Position numbers and translations under genes: made by a program
Notes under the pieces: model-generated
What the model was told of the DNA's origin: nothing
The model's database searches: none
What the model saw: the letters and a program-made list of their open reading frames with translations, nothing else
Assembly (NCBI RefSeq): GCF_964204645.1
Contig: NC_134030.1
Coordinates: 12,979,947 to 13,043,946, forward strand
Origin: Tubulanus polymorphus
Lineage: Eukaryota; Animalia; Nemertea
Length of the DNA: 64,000 nt
Direction: 5' to 3'
In this document: piece by piece, positions 52,530 to 64,000 of the stretch
Layout: every line of letters begins with the position of its first letter
Position numbering within the stretch: the stretch's first letter is position 1

Positions 52530-53655
52530 TTTTTAACGCCTTATAAAACGTTACCATTATGAAACCTAAACAATGTTAACCATTCAGCGTCATTTTACAA
52601 ACGACAACCGTAAATCGATGTGCAAAACGTCATAGGTTTATGTGTACACATACAAGCTATTTGGCAAAATATTATTGATAAAGATGTAGAATGGCTCCCT
52701 GTGATTATATAATGACCTCTATTTGAACGTCGAAATGTTATATTGCATTGAATATCATGAGAAGACGTATCGTAATAGTAAAGGATGACATGATTATATC
52801 AGGAGCGGCAGGCATAAATAGAAATGATAAGTAAATCGGATTATTCGGTTAAATGGTGGATGTATACACGATTTGGAAGTCTGATATAAAAGTCAGACCC
52901 TGACATGGGGATGCTAGTGGAATGACGAAGCTATCTACGATCTGAGTAGGGCCGGTGTGAATTTCATCGGCGGCATCAAGTAGTCTATATAAAAACGTGT
53001 ATACATATAATTTCAATATTCAAATGTTTTAGGAAATATGTTCGATATTAGGGGTATGCAGGTTTCATGAGATTAGCAATCTATAATAGCATAGCTGTCA
53101 TATACGGCTCCGCATCCATTGATGGCATGTGTATAAGGTGACAATTCAATTCAATACTTCATTGATCCTTATCACATTGAAATTCCGGGATAAAATTCAA
53201 AACACTTACAAATATTAAAATAAGAAAATACAAAATACAAGACACACGGGTAATTCATACAGAATAACATGAATAAGTTATTTAAATGACAGACTCAAGT
53301 CTAGGATATCGAGTGACAGCCAAACCAGGCCCCAGGACCAGGCCGGGTGGCTACACGATATGCTCAAAGTCATGATGAAGCAGACATCATCAGAAGAAGC
53401 TCTTTCTTCAACCGGAGGCAATGAAGTTGCAGACCAGCTTAGAGGCAAAAGTGAATCGAATTCGGTCACAAGTTGACAATTTTTTTTAATTAGACCAGTC
53501 GAAGACTGCATCATCTACCCAATCGCCAAATCTCATAATTCCCCAAATTTCTTAAAACTTCGATTTCAAATTTGCAATTCCACATTAGCTTATCCCAGAA
53601 ATTCTACATTTTTCCGCAGGCGTCAAATAATTTATTAAAGTTAATTTTCTTTTTT
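52530..53655 (+). mobile_element. HINE-like family C, uninterrupted copy in a CNBD2-like intron
   Basis: Inverted homolog of the three-piece element at 6438-15226. Confidence 0.85.
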
Positions 53656-54904
53656 ATGATATATAAGGTAACATAAATACAAAATAATCATTCTTGAGAA
53701 GTATAAGCTGTAATGAGTGATGGATTACTGAAATATGAATGAGTGAAATGGGTAAATTTGAAGGAATATCACGCTAAGGGTTATACGCTGAATTCAAGCA
53801 AGCGCGAACTTTAGACCTTGCAGCTTCTGGTATAATGTTATTACCGATTTTTACCAGCATGTGTCTTTCCTTGTAGAAGGCAACACAGTTAGACTTAATA
53901 ATTCAGACCTACACAGCAAAAAAAACAAAACCGCCCCAAATTGTTTTTTTCATTGCGCCACCCACTAGAACCTTCTGGGCAAGTATTCCTATAAGTTTAT
54001 GTTTGTTGCACTGTCCAATTTTTTCCAGAATCAAAGTTCAGATGAATCCTAAGCAGAACAACCACAGAGCTGCAAACACTTCTTTTGAGGCGAAAATTAA
54101 GGTAGTTGATTACCTTATTGAAACTTTATTGGAAATGTTTTCATAAATATTACTTTATCTAATCTTAAGAAAAGTTAAGAAAATAACTACTGTGCATTAG
54201 TACGTAAGTGTAGATGAGGCTGCATCATTTTATATCGAAAAGTCCTGCTACAATAGATTTCACCGAAAATGTGCAATGGTTCTAATAAACAATGAAAGTT
54301 CCAAAGTAAAAGTGCTCAGATTTTTTATCCATATAGTTACTTCTCATAATATTGTTTTTTTGACTGATTGGCTATCAAGGTCTATATGCAATGTTAAGCA
54401 CAAAATCGCAATCCAACAAAATATAGTCTGTTCCCGCAGCGATAGGAGGTGAAGTTCAACTTTTTTGAAATGTGCAGTCCAAAAATAATTTCGCAATATC
54501 GCATCCATTATATCTGTTCCATGACAACTGCATTTTTGGCATCTGGTACCAGTGAATATGATCGGAAGTTTACGTTAGAGGAATAGCAATTTCAAAGTAG
54601 ATCCGATGAAACCAGTGTTGCATAACACAGTAGAACATACAGACCAGCAGAAACCACGTCTTTATTGTAGATAGGTTGCACCATTCAAAATCTTTCTGAC
54701 ACAAACTGAAATCAAACAAAATGTACCAAATAATTTCAGGCATCATTATAACATGAATAGCTACCATCTGATAAGGCTTCTCGCCTCAGTAAATCTCCAT
54801 ATTATCCGTGATATATCATGGATACGGAAAATCCACGATCATGACCTTAGCATGATAAGAAAGGTTCATTCATTATGTGGGAATAACTTGACTTGAATAA
54901 ATAA

Positions 54905-55414
54905 TATAGCTCCAACGGGGCACTACGGCCAGCGTGTTATCGCTTTTTCATTCATCTGCTGGTTGTATTTGTCAAAATACACTTCCCGCTGAATTTAATT
55001 TACACAGCACGATCAAGATTTTTATAAGTAGCACAGACGGCACGAAGGAATACCTCAAATCAATCTTTTCCCGTCGTCTTATTGGTTCGATTGCGAAATA
55101 AAATTCATTTGGATTTGATGTAATTGTGTCCATTGAAATGAAATTGAGTTGGATTCCATATTGTTTTTTCATTGAATTTGCATCTCGAGCATATGGTTAA
55201 TAAGCATGGTCATCCATCCAATTTGAGGAATTTAATTAGAAAAACTATATTCCCGAACATTGTGCAATTTACAAAGATAAATTTTTGTAGTGCAAATCGA
55301 AATTCCTCCCAAAAACCAAATAAACCAAAGATTTCACATCGATCTTGAAATACAATTTCATCACTTAAGATAAACCCGGAAGTAAAACAGTGGACCATAC
55401 CAGGAGTTCACGTG
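54905..55414 (-). mobile_element. HINE-like family D partial copy
   Basis: ggggcactacggccagc terminus and aaacccggaagtaaaacagt...ttcacgtg block shared with 12821-14022. Confidence 0.6.
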
Positions 55415-56207
55415 CCGTTTCAAAAGTTTTAATAATTTCATGAATAGTAACACGGCCGGAGATTACGTAATAATTTAGCTGATCATATCCGGGCGAAATA
55501 AATTAGATTGAATTTGATATCGCCACGGTAAACTTAATAACGTACGCAAACACGGTTGAAGAAATTCGCCTGCCACACCATATATTTCGAAATCGGTCCA
55601 GTTTTTAGCTTAGGTTATATGTCTAATTTAACAAACATGTATTAACGACGAACCGGTGGCGTTATTTACTTTTTTCAAACGTTATATACAGTTATATTTA
55701 AGACATCGACGATATAAATCCTAGTCAGAATTCTATCAGCATACAAATTTCGTATGCAAAATTAGATATTTATATCATATTCGGCAAAGAAAACTAAATG
55801 CACCAACCTGATTCACGTACGTCAAAATGGCAACGTCTTCCTTGTTCAGCTATAAGTATAGCCTTATCACCGTAGCAAGCTTGGACCGAAAAACGCAAAT
55901 AAATAGGCCCGTGCTTACTAATATCTTTACTTTGAGAAATATCAAAATACGAAAAAATGATATGAAATGTCAACCTATGTAAAAATGCCTGGTTAATGTA
56001 ATAAAGATGTCGTGAAATAATTTCGTGGGTTAAAGAACTCAAATAGAGTCAACTAAGTAGATAAAAATCTAAAAATTCTGATGATGAACACCCAATTTAA
56101 ACGAAATTTGAATGTTTTGGATGCACAAAACGCTAAAAACCTGCGCACAAAACCCCTGTTCCGCTTTATCGAATAGAAATGGCAAATTGAGCAATACACG
56201 CGCGTAC

Positions 56208-56346
56208 CTTTGAGACAAAATAAAGCCATTCCGACTTCCTGGTATCTTGCACAATTACCCGGTTGTAATTATGTTCTTCGATTCTACTAAGAAAACACAA
56301 ATCCTCCACAGCTGCTGGGGACCATGTCTTGAACATCTCTAATCGA
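56208..56346 (-). CDS. CNBD2-like gene exon (start of cNMP domain 2)
   Basis: ctgcag acceptor; RLEMFKTWSPAAVEDLCFLSRIEEHNYNRVIVQDTRKSEWLYFVSK; gtacgc donor; phases 2/0 consistent. Confidence 0.85.
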
Positions 56347-58796
56347 CTGCAGTTATAAAAAGGAAGAAAAGAATTAAAAAACCTGAGCTCGATGAGTTGT
56401 GGTAGTTCAATATGACCAGAGATAGAGAACCAGGGGAACTAAAAGGCACAAATTCCTCAGTCTATATTCTTCATGATGAATCAAACCGAATGATTATCGA
56501 TTTTTTAAACTTGCGAACGAAATTACGACTATATTACACAAAATGATAAAGAACGCGGTTATTAGATACAGTAATTAACTGCGCTTACCATGGCTCTAAC
56601 TTACACTAAGATATATATTTTCAGTAACTGGATGTTATTTGACCCATTATCATTATATCGAATGACGTTTAATAACTTTTATAATTGATCAATCTAATAA
56701 AAACACATTGAAATTTGGGCCTACGGGACAAGAGATTTACAGGATTCTCCAGAAAGGTGAAGAAAAGATTCACATGGCAGTTAGTTAATTCTGATTCAGC
56801 GCCCAAATTAAGGACTCAAATGCTAAGGGTGTAAGTATTCTATCTATTCTGGAATAAAATCCATCATTGTTATTACCTCCAGCTTAGATTACTTTCTCTT
56901 AGATCCAACTTTCTCTCATTGACTCGTACTTCACACAACACGCGCGTTTGCACGATAGAAAAAAGAAACTTCGAATAGACAGAATAATTCGACCACTAAG
57001 CAATCTGTAGTAGGCTTCGCATCTAACGCGGTAACCACTAGGCTATCGTGGTGGTCACTTCGTTCGAGCGCCGAACAGATATAGCATGGAACTGTATCAC
57101 GGTTGCATGAGGCTATACGGTGTATATCATTCATAGTCACGTGGACTGCACTTTTAACATATATAGCATCAACAAAATACGTTTTCTAGATTGTTATATT
57201 TGTTCGAATCTATCATTTCGTTTACATGATGTAAGTTCTGTCGAATCTGATAGGAGATTCATTTTATGAAAGCTTTCTTGTTATAGATGGAAAGAAATGA
57301 TGATAATCAGCAGAAATACGAGAACAACTAATCAATCAACATTCATTTATCGTCATCGTGTAGAGCTTAAGGGAAGGTCAACGGGATATAACGTTTTTGG
57401 TGGTCACTCTTTGAGTACTGATCGGCTACTTTACGCCTATCCTCTAGAAAATGCAAATTAGGGCGAATGTTTTAATAGCAGTATTTCGTCCTGTACATTG
57501 AGTGAGCTACAACGCAGTCTCAAATGTTTTGTGCCTTTCTCAAAATGTATCAAAATTGAACTAATTTATAGTTCATAAATCCTCATATATTCATGAATGA
57601 ACGGTTAAAAATTGTTGAGACATATCGATTCTGCCGTAAAATCAACCTATTAACAGTCCCGAATGTGGGATAATGTCGGGCTTTAGAGAACATAATGCCC
57701 CCGAGGTCTTCACATTTACAGATAAGATTACGTAAGCGTGTCGCGCGTTACACTGGACGTATCGGCCGCACTCCGCTCGGTGGCGCCACCGCGCGGGATT
57801 TACGCGAAGCAGCAAACACAAACATGGCCACTCTCTCAATTTTCAATGATAGAAATCGTGTGTGCATTTCAATTATTTCGGCTGTTAGGGTTTTAAGGCA
57901 CAATATAAGTTGATGATGTGATATGGCGATGTTAATTAATGATAATTCCGCAGTGAAGCTAGTCACGAACGGTGCCGATCGAGTGTACAGCTGCCAAAAA
58001 CACTGAAATGTGCGTAGTTGCGTAACTATTTGCAGTGAATTGCAGACGAAACATGAAGCCTTAACGGCCGTTTAAAAAAAATTTATACCAATCGCAATTG
58101 TAAAATAAAAATGAGATAGAACCTAAGTTAAAATTCTGGCCATTTCTAAAATGTTATTAATTATTATTACTAATTTTAGTCAGTGCGGAACGTTTACTTT
58201 TCCAACAATAATGAGGGGTGGTAGGTAGTCATGCAATTCAAGTCATCATTTATTACACGTTACTTCCGTGTTGTTGAAAATCTCGCGAGTCCTGGACTAA
58301 ACCCCAATGATCGAACAATGTGGATCTGTGTGCTGGCCACAAATGCACACAGATCACACTACACTACCCATTACACACGCCAGTACCCACAGCTTTCATA
58401 TATCCATCCAAATATTTAGTGGCTTTCTTCCTGGATAGGCACACAATTGAAATATGAACCGTGCGTTCATTGATTATCACATATTAAGAGGAGCGCCATT
58501 GTGAAAATTGACCTTGGGACGAATATTCTCCCGAAGTCAATCGATGGAAACTTGACCAAAGGGTTCGATATTCAAACAATATACTTAGGGAGGAATATTT
58601 CTCCCAAGGTCAAACGAAGAGAATTTGACCTCTAGGCGCAGAATTAATAGGTTTCAACATATTCTAACGATGGCAACCGTTTCGTTTTGAACAACGACAT
58701 TGCTCTACAGTCAGGTAAATCAATCAACCATGGGTTGACGGTCTTTTCGCACTGAAGGCCTTCAATGACATACCCGGTAGCTTCATTTCAACTCAC

Positions 58797-58948
58797 CCAA
58801 GAAAATCCTTACGATATTGTAATTCTTTCTGCATAATGTCGAACAAACCGTACTCATAGAAATCTTCACGATCTACTGCCAGCATTTCCGTTTCGTCGAA
58901 ACATACAATCGATGCATTTCTCCTCGTGTTTTTCAACAGAGCTATTTC
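58797..58948 (-). CDS. CNBD2-like gene exon (phosphate-binding cassette)
   Basis: gaacag acceptor; EIALLKNTRRNASIVC...LAVDREDF completes FG|EIALL...RxASI; gtgagt donor. Confidence 0.9.
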
Positions 58949-59583
58949 CTGTTCAATAGAAATTCAACATTTTTGATAACGTCCTTTATATTTCAAACCT
59001 TACCACATGAAGACCGTTAGATTATATGACTAGATAGGCGGCCTATCAAACGCGCACTCAATCGGTACCCAAACTCTTTGTCACTTGTCTACCCCCAGAG
59101 TGTAGTGTGATTTCTGTCTGTATGGCTATAACTCGTCAAATCCTAGCATATATTCCATGCTGAATAGACGTGTTTCTCGAGTCCACAACATTCTCTATCC
59201 ATTATGGATGAAATATTGCCCAGTGGGTGAAAAAAATTTGCATAGATTTCATCTTTATGTAAATTTCATGTTTTTTGTACAAAATGTCAGTATCGTATCT
59301 GATTGTGTAACCTGGTCTGAGTGCTGGCCCCTCCAGATGGCACCACTAGCAACTACTATTTTAACATGTATTCGATAGAATTAAGGAATGACATACTAAA
59401 AATATATACAATTAAAATCCGGTAGGGTAACTCGTGGGAATCGAATCCCCAAACAAGGGGTCTACGTATATCGTTGTAGTCTTTGCATAATAGAAAATCA
59501 ATAGAAGGAACAGACATCTCAACTTAGATTCAAGATGCAAGGTACATTTCTCTCGACATAGACTCGATATCAGAGCTTCTTAC

Positions 59584-59740
59584 CCCAAAAACCTCTCCTT
59601 TACGTAGTATAGATACTTCCGGTCTGACAAATATACTATCGCTGTCTTTATCGAACACAACTGAGACTGCTCCAGAAAATATGAAATAGAAACTCTGACC
59701 CACGTGACCTTTTCTTACAACAACTCGATTCTTTCCATAG
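59584..59740 (-). CDS. CNBD2-like gene exon (cNMP-binding domain 1)
   Basis: ttttag acceptor; YGKNRVVVRKGHVGQSFYFIFSGAVSV...LRKGEVFG; gtaaga donor. Classic cNMP beta-roll. Confidence 0.9.
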
Positions 59741-59926
59741 CTAAAACAAGAATTTGAATTAATGTCAATCAATCAACAATTGCATAGGCTATACATTCAC
59801 CGAATCATCGAGGCTGGTTTACCGCATTCTTTGTAATACGCAGTGTAGTGCTCGATGAAATTCAGAGAAGTTTTGCAAATGAAGATGGAAACTCTTAATT
59901 GTGAAATTTCAATGTGTGTAGTTTTA

Positions 59927-61183
59927 AAGCCCGCCACAAATGCCACAACATTTGTTTCACAAAAACTTACAACACGTATTTCACAAAACGTTTTGGAAGA
60001 AAGTTTTGAAAACACGTTCAACGCACATGGCTCAACGAACGCATACAGAAAATATTCCTTGCACCATGGAATCCATGAGGCAACAATAAAGTCAGTAATT
60101 CACATAAATTTTTGTAATGCCATGTATTGCATTGTTTCGTGAAAAACGTGTTTCTACGGAAGCGTCCTGGGGACATAATTAATGCTTTTATTTTTTGGTG
60201 ATTGAAAAATCATAAAATTAAATAAGAATTTGATTTTTTTTAATGTTATGTTTTTTCGACCGGTGTCGATTTAATTCCGACCTTTATCACGGAATAAAAT
60301 CATGTTTTATTAAATGTTATGTTTTTCGACCGGCGGTGATTTTTTAAATTCCGACTATTTTCACGGAATTAAATCATTTTTATTAAATGTTATGTCTTTT
60401 CGACAGATGACGAATTAATTCCGACTTTTTCACGGAATTAAATCATTTTTCATTTAATTTTATCTTTTTTTCGACCGGCGTTGATTTAATTGTGACTTTT
60501 TTCACGGGATTAAATCATTTTTTATTTAATTTTATCTTTTTTTCGACCGGCAGCGATTTAATTCCGACTTTTTTTTCACGGAATAAAATCATTCGTTATT
60601 TAATTACGTATATTTTCGACCGGCGTTGATTTAATTCCGACTTTTTTCGCGGACTTAAATCATTTTTATTAAATCTTATGTTTTTTCGACCGCTGCGATT
60701 TTATTGAAATAAAAGCTAAGATTAAGAAAAATGACTTAATTCCGTGGAAAAATTCAGAATTAAATCACCACCGGTCGAAAAAAGAAAAAAACTAAATCAA
60801 AAATCATTTAATTCCATGAAAAAGTCTGAATAAAATTAACGCCGATCGAAAAAAGATAAAAGTAAAAGAAAAATGATTAAATTCCGTGAAAAAAGTCGGA
60901 ATTAAAATTGACGCCGGTCGAAAAAAAGATCAGATTAAATAAAAGATGATTCAATTCCGTGATAAAAAATCGGAATTAAATCGCCACCGGCCGAAAAGAG
61001 CTAAAATCATAACATTTCATAAAAATCGAGTTTTTATCTAATTTCATGATTTTTCAATCGGCAAAATTATTTTGAAAAATCAATTATGTCTCCTGGACGC
61101 TTCTGTACGTTTCTATTCGGCGTTTTGTGTTTTGCCCAAAATGCACAAATCAACGTTTCTTCAGTGCCGTGTGCGGCGGGCTT
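59927..61183. mobile_element. Short-TIR MITE (Harbinger-like) hosting the foldback element
   Basis: aagcccgccacaaatgccac vs gtgccgtgtgcggcgggctt; TWA-like flanks. Confidence 0.55.
60155..61107. mobile_element. Foldback-type element with arms made of ~60-bp tandem repeats
   Basis: TIR tacggaagcgtcctggggacataatt / aattatgtctcctggacgcttctgta; ttttcgaccgg...aattccgac units flip orientation near 60710. Confidence 0.85.
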
Positions 61184-61191
61184 TATCTAAC

Positions 61192-61948
61192 CGGTATTCG
61201 AAAAACGCCTAATGAAAAACACCGAATCGGAAAACTCATAACACCTGATTCATAGAAACATCCAAGAAATTGACCTAAATCCCTTCGTGAACTATGTACG
61301 TAACGTTACATAGTTCACATAGGAGTGCGTGGAGCCCCGCTTGTTCCATTTTCGTTTCTACTGTCGTTTCGACGCTCGTTTGGTTACACAACCAAAACAC
61401 AGGCTTATCTATGTTTACTATTTCATATTAAGACAAGGAGTAATTATGATAATAAAAGATATTAATTTTTCATATGGAACCTATAGTTTATCATTTTTTG
61501 CTCAAGTAAGTTCCGGGGCTGGACAATATTTAGTCTCTCATTGGTTTGGTATTATCTTTATAAGGTTCACATAAGCGTGTTTGTGTACCGTTTTGGGGGA
61601 TAATTTGATAATTTGAGGCTATTTTATCAGTCTTTGTGTGCGTTGTACCTAGGAGCGTAGGTTGTACCATATTCATGCATTCCGGTTTCAAAATTCAAGA
61701 AAGCCGTTTTATTAGCGCGGCTTTTGTTTTCGCATTATGTAATTAATTGCTTGCACGGTGGACATTCTTTCATCATCCTATAATGCAGTTTATGAGTAGG
61801 AGTCTCGTTTAAACCGTTGATGATTATATTTGAGTTGGATTTTGAGTCTCAGTAGATAGTACAGTAACGAAATTAGGTCATTTTCTAGGAATTAGGCGTT
61901 ATGCCTTTTCGGATTCGGTGTTTTTCTTTAGGCGTTTTTCGAGTACCG
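61192..61948. mobile_element. Non-autonomous Mutator-like element
   Basis: Perfect 9-bp TSD ttatctaac (61183-61191, 61949-61957); ~80-bp TIRs cggtattcgaaaaacgcctaa / ttaggcgtttttcgagtaccg. Confidence 0.88.
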
Positions 61949-61992
61949 TTATCTAACAGTTCTATACTTGTCTGAAACGGAGGTCTACTTAC

Positions 61993-62156
61993 TGACAATA
62001 TCTGACAACTCGACACAATAAATCCTGCATTTCAACTGTATATTTTCTGAAACTATGTAGACCTCGTAGTAACTGTTTGATAGTAGCTATATCTTCCTGT
62101 GTTCTATCTTTAGGTAATTTCATTATGCATGCTTTATCCCTATCAGGCCATGTAAA
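61993..62156 (-). CDS. CNBD2-like gene exon
   Basis: ctcttag acceptor; FTWPDRDKACIMKLPKDRTQEDIATIKQLLRGLHSFRKYTVEMQDLLCRVVRYC; gtaagt donor, phase 2. Confidence 0.85.
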
Positions 62157-62370
62157 CTAAGAGAAATAACAATTTCATTTGAAGGATTATTTTCCATTTA
62201 AAATGTAGCAAACATTTAAATGGAGACGTTCTACAACAAACATCTCACCAATTGAAATTTGTATCTGTTCCTTACTTTTGCTATTCAATTGTACGCAATT
62301 GAATAAACGATTTTTGATAATCTACAAAAGAATTTGCAGCTCCGTGCTGGCTTATTATGGTAGAATTTAC

Positions 62371-62559
62371 CTCGTACTTCGTCTTGAAGTCTTTTGGATT
62401 GAAGTAAAGTTTATTGTTTTCGTTGTTATCGTCGACTGATGAATAGGGTCGTTTAAGACCAGCATCGAATACTACCGAACCAGAATATCTCTGAAAAGCT
62501 GTACACACAGTGCACATCAACTTCACAACTCGAACCCACTTCTTCCATTTTTCAATTGC
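62371..62559 (-). CDS. CNBD2-like gene, first identifiable coding exon
   Basis: ttttag acceptor; AIEKWKKWVRVVKLMCTVC...LYFNPKDFKTKYE; gtaaat donor; 189 nt, phase 0/0. Upstream start exon not identified. Confidence 0.75.
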
Positions 62560-64000
62560 CTAAAAAGAAAAATGATGGTGTCCTTAGGCTAGCTCGCGCA
62601 TGTCGGGCTGCAAAGCGATCCGATTCAACTGAGAAGAAAAGAGTAAGATTGTCATCTGTGCTCATTTCAAGCTTGGTCGGTTTCTTCCATGCTTGTAAAG
62701 TAGCCTATTGATTAAACACAAACCATTATAAGCGTACAGGAGCGCCAAAGGCGCGCATGGGGGGGGGGGGGGGTCTAGACCCGCCGAACGTTCTAATCCC
62801 AAAGTTACTCACTCATAGAGATGTGAGTTTGATTTGACTCATTTTTGCTCAGAACCGCGGGCCCTGATCAGGCATTCTTTGTTTTTTGTCAATTATTCTG
62901 TATTATTGGGGATAACAGGTTATGCAATCCCGTAGTAAGCTAAAAATTTTTATTTATTCCTCAATTTCGGGATTCGACCCTTATAGCACATACAAATAGA
63001 TACTGGGGCTTTCAAAGTTAATCATTTCATATTTGAGATTAGAAACATTTACGCGGCAAACAAATCAAACCAGAGACATTTCAAGCCTATGGTAAATATT
63101 TTTTCGGGATTCGAACCTAATAGAAACTTATTAAAGTTCTTATGTCATGATGTCTGCGCGCAACCGAAATCATCGGCACGCCATCTGGTAACACAATAGG
63201 TTTATCCTTGATAACGTGAGTTGATCCTTCACGTCATGACATTATCCTACACGTTATGTGTTCATCCATCACGTTACCACATTCACGTTATAGGTTGATC
63301 CTTCACATGATGACTTAAGCGTCTCTTTGGTGGGGATGGCCGCCCACAGGCATGAGCAGGAAGCTTCTTATATCATTCTTATTAGGTTAAACGCGCGTGC
63401 GAGACAAATTCAAATTTGCTATATTTCTCAATACCGACCTTCTCAAAAGGGTGTGACTACCGGATCATTCACAACCACCTTTTGATGGCTAGTGGGGGTC
63501 TAATCCTAACCATCCTTTGCGTCCTAGGTGGGATCATTCCTGGTAAATGGCGAGCGTTATCGCGTGAACGCGTCACTTGCAAAATTCCGAGTTTCCTAGA
63601 TAGATTTGGGATCTATCAAGCCCTAAATATACGTGTGGACAAGACTCGAGCAGACCTCGATGTTCATACTGACTTACAAAAAGAAATTGGAAAATTTCCA
63701 GAAAATTGCTCTTGATTTGCGGTAGCTTTTAACAGCTGTGTAGACCTGTATGAAGTGTAGTGAAGTGTCATCACGGTTAGATCAATTTTCTCAGGATTTT
63801 TATATGAATCCGCTTACACTGTACATATTGAGTATTTTGTACACTTACTCAAATGACTGATCGAAAATATTGAACACAAAAGATTGTTGGTTTTTAGCAA
63901 ATTTAATATTTCACCAGGCACCAGGCCCGTACACAGAATGTTTATAGGGGGGTTCTACTTGGGAAAAGGGCAATGTCACCAAAAAGGTACCGAAGTGGTG

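Noticed and set aside
56259-56262. Apparent donor cgg|gtaatt ending the CNBD exon early
   Set aside because: The frame continues as VIVQDTRKSEWLYFVSK to the donor at 56207, which completes the domain.
60230-61000. CRISPR-like periodic repeats
   Set aside because: Whole ~60-bp units are repeated and degenerate, with no unique spacers and no cas genes; it is a eukaryotic foldback element.

Overview
AT-rich, intron- and transposon-rich animal genomic DNA, probably a marine invertebrate (inferred from repeat types). Three host genes can be assembled by hand, all on the minus strand. (1) SLC25A39/40-type mitochondrial glutathione carrier: 4 coding exons between 38200 and 1034; the 3' exons lie off the left edge. 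(2) An intronless DC-STAMP-domain gene (DCST2/spe-42-like, 42625-40124). (3) A CNBD2-like cyclic-nucleotide-binding protein: 7 phase-consistent exons, 62559-50112; its first exon was not found. The large introns of the carrier gene hold a full-length intron-containing piggyBac, a nearly intact intron-containing hAT-type element with an apparent 6-bp TSD, a divergent hAT-like element, decayed CR1-type LINEs, a CACTA-terminated element and a mini Penelope-like insertion with a truncated hammerhead core. They also hold many non-autonomous Helentron/HINE-like elements, two families of which carry 146- and 154-bp tandem arrays. At 5.9-15.8 kb these elements form a four-level nest, and the empty (pre-insertion) sites can be read from a second, uninterrupted copy at 52.5-53.7 kb. 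No rRNA, tRNA or CRISPR was found. All calls are by eye; family names rest on motif recognition, not database searches.
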